Positions 47,135 through 57,102 are shown, counted from the stretch's first letter. The stretch is 64,000 nucleotides of DNA from Vulcanococcus sp. Clear-D1 (GCF_014654725.1 NZ_JACVZV010000010.1:10404-74403); one strand, 5' to 3'. Numbers and translations: made by a program. Notes: generated by a model not told the origin, from the sequence alone.

Positions 47135-47150
47135 TGTGAGCAAGATCACG
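47135..47150. promoter_or_regulatory. near-perfect CRP-type box TGTGA-N6-TCACg
   Basis: TGTGAGCAAGATCACG shares 15 of 16 nt with the box at 39587. It lies about 80 nt upstream of the ATG at 47222. Confidence 0.5.
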
Positions 47151-47221
47151 GCGGCGGCCGCCGGGGATCACCGGGCCATCCCGCCAGAGCGGTGAGGGTG
47201 AATCCAGTTCCCCCAACGGCC

Positions 47222-47413
47222 ATGACCTTCTCCCTCCCCGGCTTCGATCAGTGGACCTTCCAGATCGTGATGTTCGGCAGCCTGCTGGTGCTGGAAGCCC
47301 TCAGCGGTGACCAGAAGCTGAGCACCGTGCTCGAGCCGATGGACTCCACCCGGGCCCGCGCCCACGAGCTGATCAACCGCCCTTGCTGTGCGCTGGCATC
47401 AGCCCACGCTTGA
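47222..47413 (+). CDS. small hypothetical protein A (63 aa) with a Cys-Cys tail, paralog of 49674-49877
   Basis: 'QWTFQIVMFGSLLVLEA' and 'AHELINRPCCA' align with 'HWTFQLVLLGSRLRLEG' and 'AHELMAHPSCCV' of the other copy. The 3' end overlaps the convergent crp-like gene by 41 nt. Confidence 0.5.
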   Translation: MTFSLPGFDQWTFQIVMFGSLLVLEALSGDQKLSTVLEPMDSTRARAHELINRPCCALASAHA

Positions 47414-48083
47414 TCAGTGGCTGCAGGTCTGCGATCCGCAGACCACCCTCCAGCTCTTCCACCGTGCCGCGACTGCGCAATTTGCTCAGGGTGCGCGACG
47501 CCGTCTCCCGCGCCAAGCCGGCTAAGAGGGCCAGCTCCCGTTGGGCCAGCGCAGGGATCAGCGCCTGCGGATCATTGGCGACGCTGCTGCGCCGGGCCAA
47601 GTAGGCCAGGGCATCGAGCAACCGGGTGGTGGCATCACCGCTTTGAATCGCGAAGCGCTGGTTGAGATCCCGCAGCCGTGAGGCCTCCAGCCGCGCCAAG
47701 GACAGCGCAAAGCCGGCGTCTTGCTGCAGCAAGGCCGCAAACGGCGCAGCCCGCAGTTTCACCAAGGTCACTGGCGTGAGGGCCACCACATCGGCTGATC
47801 GGGCTGCACCATCAAGCGCCGCCATCTCCCCGAACACATCACCCTCCCCCAGCACCGACATCACCACCTCATCGCCATCGGCGGTGTAAGTGCGCACCTT
47901 GGCCATGCCGCTCCGCAACAGAAACAGCGACTCCCCCCAGTCCTGCTCCATCACAAACACCTGCTCCGGCCCATGGCTGCTCTGCAGGTGGCGATCGAGC
48001 AGCTGCGTGCACTGCTCTGCGCTGAGCGATGCAAACAGCGGCCAGGCCTGGAGCTGATCAGGGGTGAAATCGGCCATGACCAT
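47373..48083 (-). CDS. Crp/Fnr-family transcriptional regulator (CRP-like)
   Basis: The cNMP pocket is 'FGEMAALDGAARSADVVA' (Glu ... Arg-Ser-Ala, as in E. coli CRP). The HTH is 'LAGLARETASRTLSKL', with the R-E-x-x-x-R recognition triad. The start is set at the ATG at 48081-48083. The ORF caller's TTG at 48128 is rejected. Confidence 0.85.
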   Translation of the reverse strand: MVMADFTPDQLQAWPLFASLSAEQCTQLLDRHLQSSHGPEQVFVMEQDWGESLFLLRSGMAKVRTYTADGDEVVMSVLGEGDVFGEMAALDGAARSADVVALTPVTLVKLRAAPFAALLQQDAGFALSLARLEASRLRDLNQRFAIQSGDATTRLLDALAYLARRSSVANDPQALIPALAQRELALLAGLARETASRTLSKLRSRGTVEELEGGLRIADLQPLIKRGLMPAHSKGG

Positions 48084-48229
48084 GCAGAGGAGCGGCACCA
48101 CCCAAGCCCAGTTGAAGCGCCACGGCAATAGCCGTGGCCAGGCGGGGGCAACCCCACCAGGATGAGCACAAGCCGCAGGGCAGCCGATGGGGGGGGATCG
48201 AAACGCAACGCAGCATCGTGCGGGAGCGG

Positions 48230-48745
48230 ATGAAACTGCTCCTGGCGGCTCACGACAGTGAAATCGTGCCGGTGGAGTTCCGCGCCGAGCCCGGTGAACT
48301 GTTACTCCGGCAGGGCGCCCCAGCCGAGCGGGTGCTGCTGCTCACCGAAGGCACTGTCGCCATCCAGGTGCGGCAGAGCGATGGCCAACCCCACACCCTG
48401 GCGATCGTGGAAGCGGAAGAGCTGTTGGGGGAGATGGGCCTGTTCGGCAACGGCGTGCATTCCGCCGATGTGCGGGTGCTCGACGAGCCCGCGCAGCTGA
48501 TCGCCGTGGATGGCAATCAGCTTCTCAAAGCGATGCTGTTCGACGCCGACCTCTCGATTGAACTGCTCAGCCTGATCAGCCAGCGCTGCCTGCAGGGCAA
48601 CGAATTGGTGGGATTGCTGCTCGATGGGATCAAGGCCGCCCACAGCGGGGATGGCGCCCTCTTGCAGGACAGTTGCATGGCCCTACGCCACCGCGGCCAT
48701 TCCATCGCCGCAGCGGCGGATCAATTGGAGGGCTTGCTGCGATGA
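48230..48745 (+). CDS. stand-alone cyclic-nucleotide-binding-domain protein
   Basis: 'LLRQGAPAERVLLLTEGTVAI..LLGEMGLFGNGVHSADVRV' has a CAP-type beta-roll. The phosphate-binding Arg is replaced by His. Confidence 0.7.
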   Translation: MKLLLAAHDSEIVPVEFRAEPGELLLRQGAPAERVLLLTEGTVAIQVRQSDGQPHTLAIVEAEELLGEMGLFGNGVHSADVRVLDEPAQLIAVDGNQLLKAMLFDADLSIELLSLISQRCLQGNELVGLLLDGIKAAHSGDGALLQDSCMALRHRGHSIAAAADQLEGLLR

Positions 48746-49677
48746 CAGGCGGCCCCGAGCTTCTGGAGCGCGTGCTGCAGCTGCAATCCCCCCTGTTTTC
48801 CGGGATCGATCCAACACTGCTGACCGAATGGCTGGACGCAAGCGAGCTGCGCTGCCTCGCCGGGGAGGCCACGGTCCTGTCGGCTGATCAAGCCAACAGC
48901 CAAACCTTCTTGGTAATTGCAGGGCGCCTGCTGGTGACCCTGCAGCAGGGGGATGCAGCACCCCTGGCAACCATCGGCCCCGGTGAATGCGTGGGCGAGG
49001 TGTCGACCCTCAGCTTGGGCGAGACCACCGCCTGGGTGCGCTGTGAGCAAACCAGCGAGCTGTTGGTGATCGAACGGCAGGAGCTCCTGGCCTGGGCCCA
49101 GCAATCCCACCAACTGGCCCTCAACCTGCTGCAGCTGATGGGCGAGCGTCTGCGGCGCTCCAACCTGCATGCCCGTGGTGCCCAGTCGCTGAACCAACAG
49201 CTACAGACCCGTGCCCTCAGCGATGCCCTCACAGGCGCCCTGAACCGCCATTGGCTGGACCAACACCTTGAGGCCCTGCGGGCCTACCCGGAGCTGGCCT
49301 TGCTGATGGTCGACATCGATCACTTCAAAGCGATCAATGACACCCACGGCCACAGCTGCGGCGATGCCGTGCTCCGAGCCGTCGCCACGACCCTGCTCCA
49401 TTCGCTGCGGCCCAGCGATGCGCTGGTGCGGCTGGGGGGCGAGGAATTCCTGGTGATCTGTCAACGAGAAGCCAGCCCGGCAGCAGCCGAGGGGCTGGGA
49501 GAGCGGCTACGCCAGACGGTGCAGCAGCTCCAGGTCGACGATCTGCCGCCAGTCACCGTATCGATCGGCGTGGCGTTGCGGACCCCGGGCGAGGCCTGGG
49601 AGGCCCAGCTGGAGCGGGCCGATACCGCCCTCTACCGGGCCAAACGCGGGGGCCGCAATCGGGTGGAGCTGGGTTAG
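48742..49677 (+). CDS. cNMP-binding-domain / GGDEF diguanylate cyclase fusion
   Basis: The N-terminal CAP-like domain is 'VGEVSTLSLGETTAWVRC'. The C-terminal part is 'ALLMVDIDHFKAINDTHGHSCGD' plus 'RPSDALVRLGGEEFLV', which gives an RxxD I-site and a GGEEF active site. An ATGA overlap joins it to the upstream gene. Confidence 0.88.
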   Translation: MTGGPELLERVLQLQSPLFSGIDPTLLTEWLDASELRCLAGEATVLSADQANSQTFLVIAGRLLVTLQQGDAAPLATIGPGECVGEVSTLSLGETTAWVRCEQTSELLVIERQELLAWAQQSHQLALNLLQLMGERLRRSNLHARGAQSLNQQLQTRALSDALTGALNRHWLDQHLEALRAYPELALLMVDIDHFKAINDTHGHSCGDAVLRAVATTLLHSLRPSDALVRLGGEEFLVICQREASPAAAEGLGERLRQTVQQLQVDDLPPVTVSIGVALRTPGEAWEAQLERADTALYRAKRGGRNRVELG

Positions 49678-49877
49678 ACGCAGCAGCTCGGATGCGCCAT
49701 CAGCTCATGCGCCGCGTCGTAGGGCGTGTCCTGCGGCTGCAGCCAGGTGGAGCAGTGCAGGGGCTCGTCACCAGGGCCATTGGCGGCACGACAGCCCTCC
49801 AGCCTCAGGCGACTGCCCAACAACACCAGCTGGAAGGTCCAGTGCTGGCGGGCCTGGATGGAAAAGCTGCTGGCCAT
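49674..49877 (-). CDS. small hypothetical protein B (67 aa) with a Cys-Cys tail, paralog of 47222-47413
   Basis: See protein A. Its stop overlaps the stop of the convergent GGDEF gene by 4 nt. Confidence 0.5.
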   Translation of the reverse strand: MASSFSIQARQHWTFQLVLLGSRLRLEGCRAANGPGDEPLHCSTWLQPQDTPYDAAHELMAHPSCCV

Positions 49878-49971
49878 GGCTTGCAGCTCCTAACGATGGA
49901 TACCTGAAGGATTCCCCCGTTGTTTCAAGGCGCCAGCCACTAGGAGCGGTTCGCCATCCGGCTGGCTCGCC

Positions 49972-52611
49972 TCAGCCCAGCGCCGCCGTGAGCTCGGTGC
50001 GGGCCTGCTCCAACGCCCCATCAAGGGCTGCGCCATCGCGGCCACCGGCCTGGGCCAGGTTGGGCCGGCCGCCACCGCCGCCGCCGCAGGCCTTGGCGAT
50101 GCCGCCGATGAAGGCTCCGGCCTTGGGGCCGGCCGCGATCACCGTCTTGCCGAAAGCCGCCACCAGGATCACTTTGCCCAAATCAGCGGGGTCGGGCAGG
50201 CCGCCCAGCACCACGGCCGCGCCGTCACCCAACTGATCCGCCAGGCCCTGGGCAGCGCTCTGCAAACCGCCGCCCTCCACACCATCAAGGCGCGCCACCA
50301 AGAGCTGGTGCTCACCCACCGCCAACGCCTGCCCGGCCAGCGCCGCCGACTTCGCCAGGGCCAACTCTTCGCGCGCCGCAGCCAGAGCCTTCTGGCTGGC
50401 CTTGAGCTCATCAGCCAGCTGCGCCACACGATCCACGATCTCGGCGGGCTGGGCCTTGAAGCGCTCGCCCAGCTGCTTCACCACCCCATCACGCTCGTTC
50501 AGATACGCGAGCACGGCAGGGCCGGCCACAGCCTCGATCCGGCGGATACCAGCGGCCACACCGCTCTCGCTCACGATCTTGAACAGGCCGATCTCAGCGG
50601 TGTTGGCCACATGGGTGCCGCCGCAGAGCTCCATCGACACACCGGGCACATCCACCACCCGCACCACATCGGCGTACTTCTCACCGAACATCGCCACGGC
50701 ACCGGCGGCCTTGGCCTTCTCGATCGCCATCTCCTGCACCTCAAGGCTGTGGGCCTCGCTGATCCAGCCGTTGATGAGCACTTCGATTTGCTCGAGCTCC
50801 GATGCGCTCACGGCACGGGGGCAGTGGAAGTCGAAACGGAGGCGATCGAAGTCGACTAGCGAACCGGCCTGGCCGATGCCCGGATCCACCACCTGCTTCA
50901 GCGCCGCCTGCAGCAGGTGCGTGGCGGTGTGGTTCGCCTGGGCGCGGCGGCGGCAGGCGCGGTCCACCTGGCCATGCACCACATCCCCCAGGCTGAGCAC
51001 ACCGCGCTCGATGCGACCGCTGTGAACAAACACGCTGCGGTTCCGGCTCACGGCGTCGATCGCCACGATCAGCTCGTCGCCGCTGAGCACGCCGCGATCG
51101 CCCACCTGGCCGCCGCCTTCGCCATAGAAGGGGGTGGTGTCGAGCACCACCTGCACGCTGTCGCCGGCCACGGCGCGTTGGGCCGGCTCGCCGTTCACCA
51201 CCAACGCCAACACGCAGCTGCTCTGCTCGAGCAGTTCGTAGCCGCGGAAGGCCGTGGCCTCCAGGTCAGCGGCCACTTGATCAATGGCCTCCTGCAGGGT
51301 GAGATCGATGCTCACCGCCGCGGCCTTGGCCCGCTGACGCTGGGCCTCCATCGCCGCTTCAAATCCCTCGAGATCCACCGTGAGACCGTGTTCCTCGGCG
51401 ATCTCCTCGGTGAGCTCCAGCGGGAAGCCGTAGGTGTCGTAGAGCTCGAAGGCCTGATCGCCTGAGATCTGCGTGGGCTTGGCCGCCAGCACATCGGCCA
51501 GCAGCTTCTCGCCGCGCTCCAGGGTTTCCAGGAATCGGGCTTCCTCGCGCTGGAGCTCCGCCAGGATCACCTCACGCCGCTCCACCAGCTGCGGGTAGGC
51601 GCTTTGCATCAGCGCGATCGACGCCTCACCCATCGCCGTGAGGAAGGGCTTGTCGATACCGAGGAGACGTCCGTGGCGCACCACGCGGCGCAGCAACCGG
51701 CGCAGGATGTAGCCACGGCCCAGGTTGCTGGCGGTGACGCCATCGCAGATCAATTGGGTGATGGCACGGCTGTGGTCGCCGATCACCTTCAGGCTGGTTT
51801 TGCCCTTCTCATCGAGGGCGGGATAGGCCACGCCGGCCAGCTGCGCCGCCGTTTCGATCAGCGGATAGATGAGGTCGGTTTCGTAGTTGTTGGGAACGGC
51901 CTGGAGGATCTGGGCCATCCGCTCGAGGCCCATGCCGGTGTCGATGTTGCGGTTGGCCAGCGGCGTGAGGGTGCCCTCCGCGTCGCGGTTGTACTGCATG
52001 AACACCAAGTTGTAGAACTCGATGAAGCGGGAGTCGTCTTCGAGGTCGATGCCGTCGTCGCCGAGTTCAGGCTTGAAGTCGTAATAGATCTCCGAGCAGG
52101 GGCCGCAGGGGCCCGTGGGGCCGGAGGCCCAGAAGTTGTCGGCTTCATCCATGCGGATGATCCGCTTGGGGTTCACCCCCACCACGTCACGCCAGATCTG
52201 TTCTGCCTCGTCGTCTTCGCGGAACACGCTCACCACGAGGTTCTTCGGGGAGAGGCCGAACACACCGGTGCTCAGCTCCCAGGCCCACTGAATCGCCTGC
52301 TCCTTGAAGTAGTCGCCAAAGGAGAAGTTGCCGAGCATCTCGAAAAACGTGTGATGCCGCGCTGTGCGACCCACGTTTTCGATGTCGTTGGTGCGGATGC
52401 ACTTCTGGGAGCTGGTGGCGCGGGGCGCCGGCCGTTGCTGCTGTCCCAGGAACACCGGCTTAAACGGCAGCATGCCGGCGATAGTGAGCAAAACCGTGGG
52501 GTCTTCCGGCACCAGCGAGGCGCTGGCCATGGGCTTGTGGCCGCGCTCTTCGTAGAAATCGAGAAACGCCGCGCGGATCTCAGCACCGGTGCGAGGGGCG
52601 GCGGCAGCCAT
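49972..52611 (-). CDS. alaS: alanine--tRNA ligase
   Basis: '[41 protein letters not shown]' and '[18 protein letters not shown]' identify it. The start is set at the ATG at 52609-52611. Confidence 0.96.
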   Translation of the reverse strand: MAAAAPRTGAEIRAAFLDFYEERGHKPMASASLVPEDPTVLLTIAGMLPFKPVFLGQQQRPAPRATSSQKCIRTNDIENVGRTARHHTFFEMLGNFSFGDYFKEQAIQWAWELSTGVFGLSPKNLVVSVFREDDEAEQIWRDVVGVNPKRIIRMDEADNFWASGPTGPCGPCSEIYYDFKPELGDDGIDLEDDSRFIEFYNLVFMQYNRDAEGTLTPLANRNIDTGMGLERMAQILQAVPNNYETDLIYPLIETAAQLAGVAYPALDEKGKTSLKVIGDHSRAITQLICDGVTASNLGRGYILRRLLRRVVRHGRLLGIDKPFLTAMGEASIALMQSAYPQLVERREVILAELQREEARFLETLERGEKLLADVLAAKPTQISGDQAFELYDTYGFPLELTEEIAEEHGLTVDLEGFEAAMEAQRQRAKAAAVSIDLTLQEAIDQVAADLEATAFRGYELLEQSSCVLALVVNGEPAQRAVAGDSVQVVLDTTPFYGEGGGQVGDRGVLSGDELIVAIDAVSRNRSVFVHSGRIERGVLSLGDVVHGQVDRACRRRAQANHTATHLLQAALKQVVDPGIGQAGSLVDFDRLRFDFHCPRAVSASELEQIEVLINGWISEAHSLEVQEMAIEKAKAAGAVAMFGEKYADVVRVVDVPGVSMELCGGTHVANTAEIGLFKIVSESGVAAGIRRIEAVAGPAVLAYLNERDGVVKQLGERFKAQPAEIVDRVAQLADELKASQKALAAAREELALAKSAALAGQALAVGEHQLLVARLDGVEGGGLQSAAQGLADQLGDGAAVVLGGLPDPADLGKVILVAAFGKTVIAAGPKAGAFIGGIAKACGGGGGGRPNLAQAGGRDGAALDGALEQARTELTAALG

Positions 52612-52652
52612 GGCGAAGCAAGAAAAGCCTGAACCGGGCATGATCGCGCAGC

Positions 52653-53084
52653 ATGAGCGCCCCCACCGACTCTTCCCGCGCGCAGCTGCGCCTGCGCTCG
52701 ATCGCCTGGGCCCTGGGTGCCGGCCTGAGCGCGCTGGTGTTCGGCCTGCCGTTCGGCGTGGAGGCAGCGCTGCGGGCCGGCGGCTGCGGCTTCTTCTATG
52801 GCTTGCTGGCCTTCCACCTGCAACGCGTCGACCCCGACGACAGCCACCTGCAGGCGGGCTTGGTGGGCGCCGTGTGCGGCATCCACAGCCTGGCGCTGCC
52901 GCCCCTCAGCCCCTGGCCCTTGCCCTCTCCCTGGCTGCAGAACTTGGCGTTGGTGGCGCCAACTGTGATGATGGAACTCGTTCGTGCCTGGCTGCCGCTG
53001 ATCGGCGCCGCACTGGTGCTGCACGGATCGCAGGTTCTGCCGCGAGTTTTCGCTGCACGGGCCACCGTGATCCGGCGGCCCTGA
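52653..53084 (+). CDS. hypothetical membrane protein (143 aa)
   Basis: It has four hydrophobic segments and coding-like GC3-rich codons. I recognise no family. Confidence 0.5.
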   Translation: MSAPTDSSRAQLRLRSIAWALGAGLSALVFGLPFGVEAALRAGGCGFFYGLLAFHLQRVDPDDSHLQAGLVGAVCGIHSLALPPLSPWPLPSPWLQNLALVAPTVMMELVRAWLPLIGAALVLHGSQVLPRVFAARATVIRRP

Positions 53085-53103
53085 CTCCCCAGGCCCCGCC
53101 TCC

Positions 53104-56100
53104 ATGAGCCTGCTGCATGCCACCTGGCTGCCCGTCGTTCCGCGGGGCAGCTTCGCCAAGGGCAAGGCCCCCAGCGCGGGCCTGTTCATCTGGGCGGACA
53201 CCTGGCGTGTAGCCGAGCCGGTGAGCCCCAGCGGCGAAGCACCGTTCCACCCCCTCAGCCTCAACCTCGACGATCTGGCCACCTGGCTCGACGACAACCA
53301 CTTCTGGTCGGAAGACCTGCGCCAGGCCACCATCACCCTCACCCTGCCCAGCCGCCAGCAGCTCAGCCGCGGCCAGAAAAGCGAGAGCGCTGGCGCCTGG
53401 AGCGGCATGCCCCTGCAGGCAGGTGAACCGCTCCCCAAAGACCTCACCTGGTGGCCCTGGCAGCTGGAGGGCTGGTTCCTCAAGCCCGGCCCCGCTGCGG
53501 AATGGCTCAATCAACTGCCCCTCTCCGGCACCGCAGAGGCGGGCCTGGGCGACGACCTGCTCTGGTGGTGCCATCTGCAGCGCTGGTGCCTGAGCCTGAT
53601 CGCGCGCGGCCGCTGGCTGCCCGATGCGGCCGAGGGCAAAGCCAGCTGGCTGCCCCTGCTCAACCGCGAAGACGACCGCCGCCGCCTCGAAGACCTCGCC
53701 ACCCGCATGCCCCAGGTGGTGGCCGCCTCCAGCGCCGAACCGCACCTGGCCTGCGGCCGGCCCCGCTCCAACCGCCTGCTGGTAGCCAGCATCGTGGAAA
53801 AGCTGGTGGACGGCCAGCTGCGCTCCGCCTTTGCCCCCGGCGGCGAGGGTCTTGATCCGCTGCTGGCGGCCTGGGAAGAGGGCCTCGCCAGCCACGACGG
53901 CCGCATCCAGATCGAGGAAGAAGACCAGGAACGCCTGGCGATCGCCAGCCACCACTGGCGCGAAACCGTGGCCGGCAAGGTGGAACCCGCCCGCGCCTGC
54001 CTGGAGCTGTTCACCCCGCCGGAGGGGGAAGAGCTCTGGGAGCTGCGCTTTGGGCTGCAGGCCGAAGCCGACCCCACCCTGCGGGTGCCCGCCGGGATCG
54101 TGTGGGGCGCCGGCGACGGCAGCTTGGCCCTGGGCGAGATCCAGCTGGATCAACCCGGCGCGCTGCTGCTGGAAGGCCTGGGCCGAGCGCTGCTGGCATT
54201 TGAGCCAATCGAGCGGGGGCTCAATGCCGCCACCCCAGAAGCGATGCAGCTCACCCCAGCGGAGGCCTTCGTGCTGGTGCGCACCGCCGCCAGCCGGCTG
54301 CGGGATGTGGGTGTGGGCGTGGTGCTGCCCGCCAGCCTCTCCGGAGGCCTGGCCTCGCGCCTAGGCCTGGCCATCACCGCCGAGCTGCCCGAGAAATCGC
54401 GCGGCTTCACCCTCGGCGAAACGCTCGAGTGGCGCTGGGAATTCATGATCGGCGGCGTCACCCTCACCCTCAAAGACCTCGAGAAGCTGGCGGCCAAACG
54501 CAGCCCCTTGGTGCAGCACAAGGGTGCCTGGATCGAACTGCGCCCCCTCGATCTCAAAAACGCCGAGAAGTTCTGCGCCGCCGAACCTCCCTTCAGCCTC
54601 GACGACGCCCTGCGCATCACCGGCAACGAAGGCGAAACGCTGCAACGCTTGCCAGTGCATGCCTTCACCGCCGGTCCGCGCCTGCAGGCGGTGCTCGAGC
54701 AATACCACCAGCAGAAAGCCCCCGATCCCCTGCCGGCGCCCCCCGGCTTCGCCGGACAGCTGCGCCCTTATCAGGAGCGCGGCCTGGGCTGGCTCGCCTT
54801 CCTGCATCGCTTCGATCAGGGCGCCTGCCTGGCCGACGACATGGGTCTCGGCAAAACGATTCAGCTGCTGGCGTTCATCCAGCACCTCAAGGCCGAAGAC
54901 GAGCTGAAACGCCCCGTGCTGCTGGTGGCGCCCACCTCGGTGCTCACCAACTGGAAGCGGGAGGCGGCGGCCTTCACCCCCGACCTAGTGGTGAATGAGC
55001 ACTACGGCCCGCGCCGCCCCAACAGCCCCGAGGCGATCAAGAAAGCCCTCAAGGGCGTGGATCTGGTGCTCACCACCTATGGCCTGCTCCAGCGCGACAG
55101 CGAACTGCTGGAGGCGATCGATTGGCAGGGCGTGGTGATCGATGAAGCCCAGGCGATCAAAAACCACAACGCCAAACAGTCGATGGCGGCGCGGGATCTG
55201 GGCCGCCCCGGCCGGGGCAGCAAATGCGGCCCACGCTTCCGCATCGCCCTCACCGGCACGCCGGTGGAAAACCGCGTCAGCGAACTGTGGGCGCTGATGG
55301 ATTTCCTCAACCCCAAGGTGCTCGGCGATGAACCTTTCTTCCGCCAGCGCTATCGCCTACCGATCGAGCGCTACGGCGACATGTCGTCGCTGCGCGACCT
55401 CAAGAGCCGCGTCAGCCCCTTCATCCTGCGGCGCCTCAAAACCGACAAATCGATCATTTCCGACCTGCCTGAGAAGGTGGAACTGAGCGAATGGGTGGGG
55501 CTCGCCCCCGAGCAGAAGAAGCTTTACAACCAAACCGTGGAGGAGAGCCTCGATGCGATCGCCCGGGCGCCGCTGGGGCAAAAGCACGGCCAGGTGCTGG
55601 CGCTGCTCACCAAGCTCAAGCAGATCTGCAACCACCCGGCCCTGGCCCTCAAGCAGGATCCCGACCCCAGCGATGTGGGCTTCTTCAAGGAGTTCGCCGC
55701 CCGCAGCGCCAAGGTGCAGCGCCTTGAAGAGATCCTCGAGGAGGTGATCGAGGCGGGCGATCGCGCCTTGCTGTTCACCCAATTCGCCGAATGGGGGCAC
55801 CTGCTCAAGGCCCACCTCGAGCAGAAGTGGAAGCAACCGGTGCCCTTCCTCTACGGCAACACCAGCAAAGCCGAACGCCAGGCGATGGTGGATCGCTTCC
55901 AGGACGACCCCCGCGGTCCGCAGCTGTTCCTGCTCTCCCTCAAGGCCGGCGGCGTCGGCCTCAACCTCACCCGCGCCAGCCACGTGTTCCACATCGATCG
56001 CTGGTGGAACCCCGCCGTGGAAAACCAAGCCACCGACCGTGCCTACCGGATCGGCCAGCAAAACCGCGTGATGGTGCACAAGTTCATCACCAGCGGTTCG

Positions 56101-56235
56101 GTGGAGGAACGCATCGACCGGATGATCAAGGAGAAGTCGAAGCTCGCCGAAGACATCGTGGGCTCCGGCGAAGACTGGCTCGGCGGCATGGACGTGCGCC
56201 AGCTCAAGGACCTGGTGACCCTCAGCGAGGACTGA
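53104..56235 (+). CDS. SNF2-family helicase with a long bacterial SNF2-associated N-terminal region
   Basis: 'LADDMGLGKTIQLLAF' is motif I and 'VVIDEAQAIKN' is motif II. 'LTGTPVENRVSELWALMDFLNP' and 'LSLKAGGVGLNLTRASHVFHIDRWWNPAVENQATDRAYRIGQ' (motifs V-VI) follow. Confidence 0.9.
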   Translation: MSLLHATWLPVVPRGSFAKGKAPSAGLFIWADTWRVAEPVSPSGEAPFHPLSLNLDDLATWLDDNHFWSEDLRQATITLTLPSRQQLSRGQKSESAGAWSGMPLQAGEPLPKDLTWWPWQLEGWFLKPGPAAEWLNQLPLSGTAEAGLGDDLLWWCHLQRWCLSLIARGRWLPDAAEGKASWLPLLNREDDRRRLEDLATRMPQVVAASSAEPHLACGRPRSNRLLVASIVEKLVDGQLRSAFAPGGEGLDPLLAAWEEGLASHDGRIQIEEEDQERLAIASHHWRETVAGKVEPARACLELFTPPEGEELWELRFGLQAEADPTLRVPAGIVWGAGDGSLALGEIQLDQPGALLLEGLGRALLAFEPIERGLNAATPEAMQLTPAEAFVLVRTAASRLRDVGVGVVLPASLSGGLASRLGLAITAELPEKSRGFTLGETLEWRWEFMIGGVTLTLKDLEKLAAKRSPLVQHKGAWIELRPLDLKNAEKFCAAEPPFSLDDALRITGNEGETLQRLPVHAFTAGPRLQAVLEQYHQQKAPDPLPAPPGFAGQLRPYQERGLGWLAFLHRFDQGACLADDMGLGKTIQLLAFIQHLKAEDELKRPVLLVAPTSVLTNWKREAAAFTPDLVVNEHYGPRRPNSPEAIKKALKGVDLVLTTYGLLQRDSELLEAIDWQGVVIDEAQAIKNHNAKQSMAARDLGRPGRGSKCGPRFRIALTGTPVENRVSELWALMDFLNPKVLGDEPFFRQRYRLPIERYGDMSSLRDLKSRVSPFILRRLKTDKSIISDLPEKVELSEWVGLAPEQKKLYNQTVEESLDAIARAPLGQKHGQVLALLTKLKQICNHPALALKQDPDPSDVGFFKEFAARSAKVQRLEEILEEVIEAGDRALLFTQFAEWGHLLKAHLEQKWKQPVPFLYGNTSKAERQAMVDRFQDDPRGPQLFLLSLKAGGVGLNLTRASHVFHIDRWWNPAVENQATDRAYRIGQQNRVMVHKFITSGSVEERIDRMIKEKSKLAEDIVGSGEDWLGGMDVRQLKDLVTLSED

Positions 56236-56239
56236 CGCG

Positions 56240-56731
56240 ATGCAGACCTCCCTGCCAGTCGCCAGCCGCAGCCCGGAACGCTGGCTACAGCGCTTCGAGA
56301 ATTTCGAATCGGTGCTCCGCCGCCTGGAAGGGCACCTGGAGGGCCGGGCGGAGTTCCGCGACCCCGACCTGCTGGCCGGCCTGGTGCTCCGCCATTACGC
56401 CTTCTGCCTGGAGCTGGGCTGGAAGTGCCTGCGGGATCTGCTGGCCTGGAACGGCATCGACGCCCGGCTGCCCCGGCAGGTGATCAAACAGGCGTTCGCT
56501 ACCGGGGTGATCGAGAACGGTCAGCTCTGGATCGACATGCTGGAAAGCCGCCCCCTCTTCACAGCGGATGGCGACCTCGAAGGCGATGACGGCAGCCCCG
56601 AAGCTTGTGCGGTCCTGGCGGCAGCCGCGCGGATGGTCGCCGAGTCGTACGCCCCGGAGCTGCAGGCTCTGCAACGCAACCTGGCGGCGCGCCGGCTGGA
56701 GGAGCAAGGGCTGAGCGAGGCAACGGCATGA
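56240..56731 (+). CDS. HI0074-family nucleotidyltransferase substrate-binding (HEPN-like) protein
   Basis: 'RWLQRFENFESVLRRLEGHL' and 'LAGLVLRHYAFCLELGWKCLRDLLAWNGI..PRQVIKQAFATGVIENGQLWIDMLESR' follow the family pattern. The expected R-x4-6-H motif reads 'SRPLFTADG', with no His. Confidence 0.65.
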   Translation: MQTSLPVASRSPERWLQRFENFESVLRRLEGHLEGRAEFRDPDLLAGLVLRHYAFCLELGWKCLRDLLAWNGIDARLPRQVIKQAFATGVIENGQLWIDMLESRPLFTADGDLEGDDGSPEACAVLAAAARMVAESYAPELQALQRNLAARRLEEQGLSEATA

Positions 56732-57102
56732 CACCAACTCGCCAACGAGAGGCACTTCCGGGTTCCGTACAGCTGGTACAGAACCCTGAAGAGTCGCGGC
56801 AACACCTGCGCCACATCCATGGCCTGCCCGCTCGCACCGTCAGCGAGATCCGTCACTGCCTGAAGCACCAGTTTCCGCAGCTCCACTGGGTGAAGCTCTA
56901 CGGCTCTAGGGCCAGTGGCCAGCACTGGCGCGGCTCCGACATCGACCTCGCCTACAGCGCCGACGAGAATTGCACAGCAGCCCTATGCGAAGCCCTCGAT
57001 CAGCTGCCCACTCCCTACCTCTTTGATGTGACCCACTGGGATTCCCTGCGCCATCCCGGCCTGCAGCAGCACATCGAACGCATTGGCATCCCCTTCCCAT
57101 GA
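56728..57102 (+). CDS. minimal nucleotidyltransferase (MNT) domain protein
   Basis: 'VKLYGSRASGQHWRGSDIDLAYS' carries the GS...DxD signature. ATGA overlaps occur on both sides. Confidence 0.75.
   Translation: MTPTRQREALPGSVQLVQNPEESRQHLRHIHGLPARTVSEIRHCLKHQFPQLHWVKLYGSRASGQHWRGSDIDLAYSADENCTAALCEALDQLPTPYLFDVTHWDSLRHPGLQQHIERIGIPFP

Noticed and set aside
48084-48128. An extended N-terminus (TTG start at 48128) for the Crp-like regulator
   Set aside because: The added residues (MPWRFNWAWVVPLLC) are not part of the Crp fold. ATG codons at 48083 and 48077 give a canonical N-terminus, and the extension would cover the palindrome in the divergent promoter.
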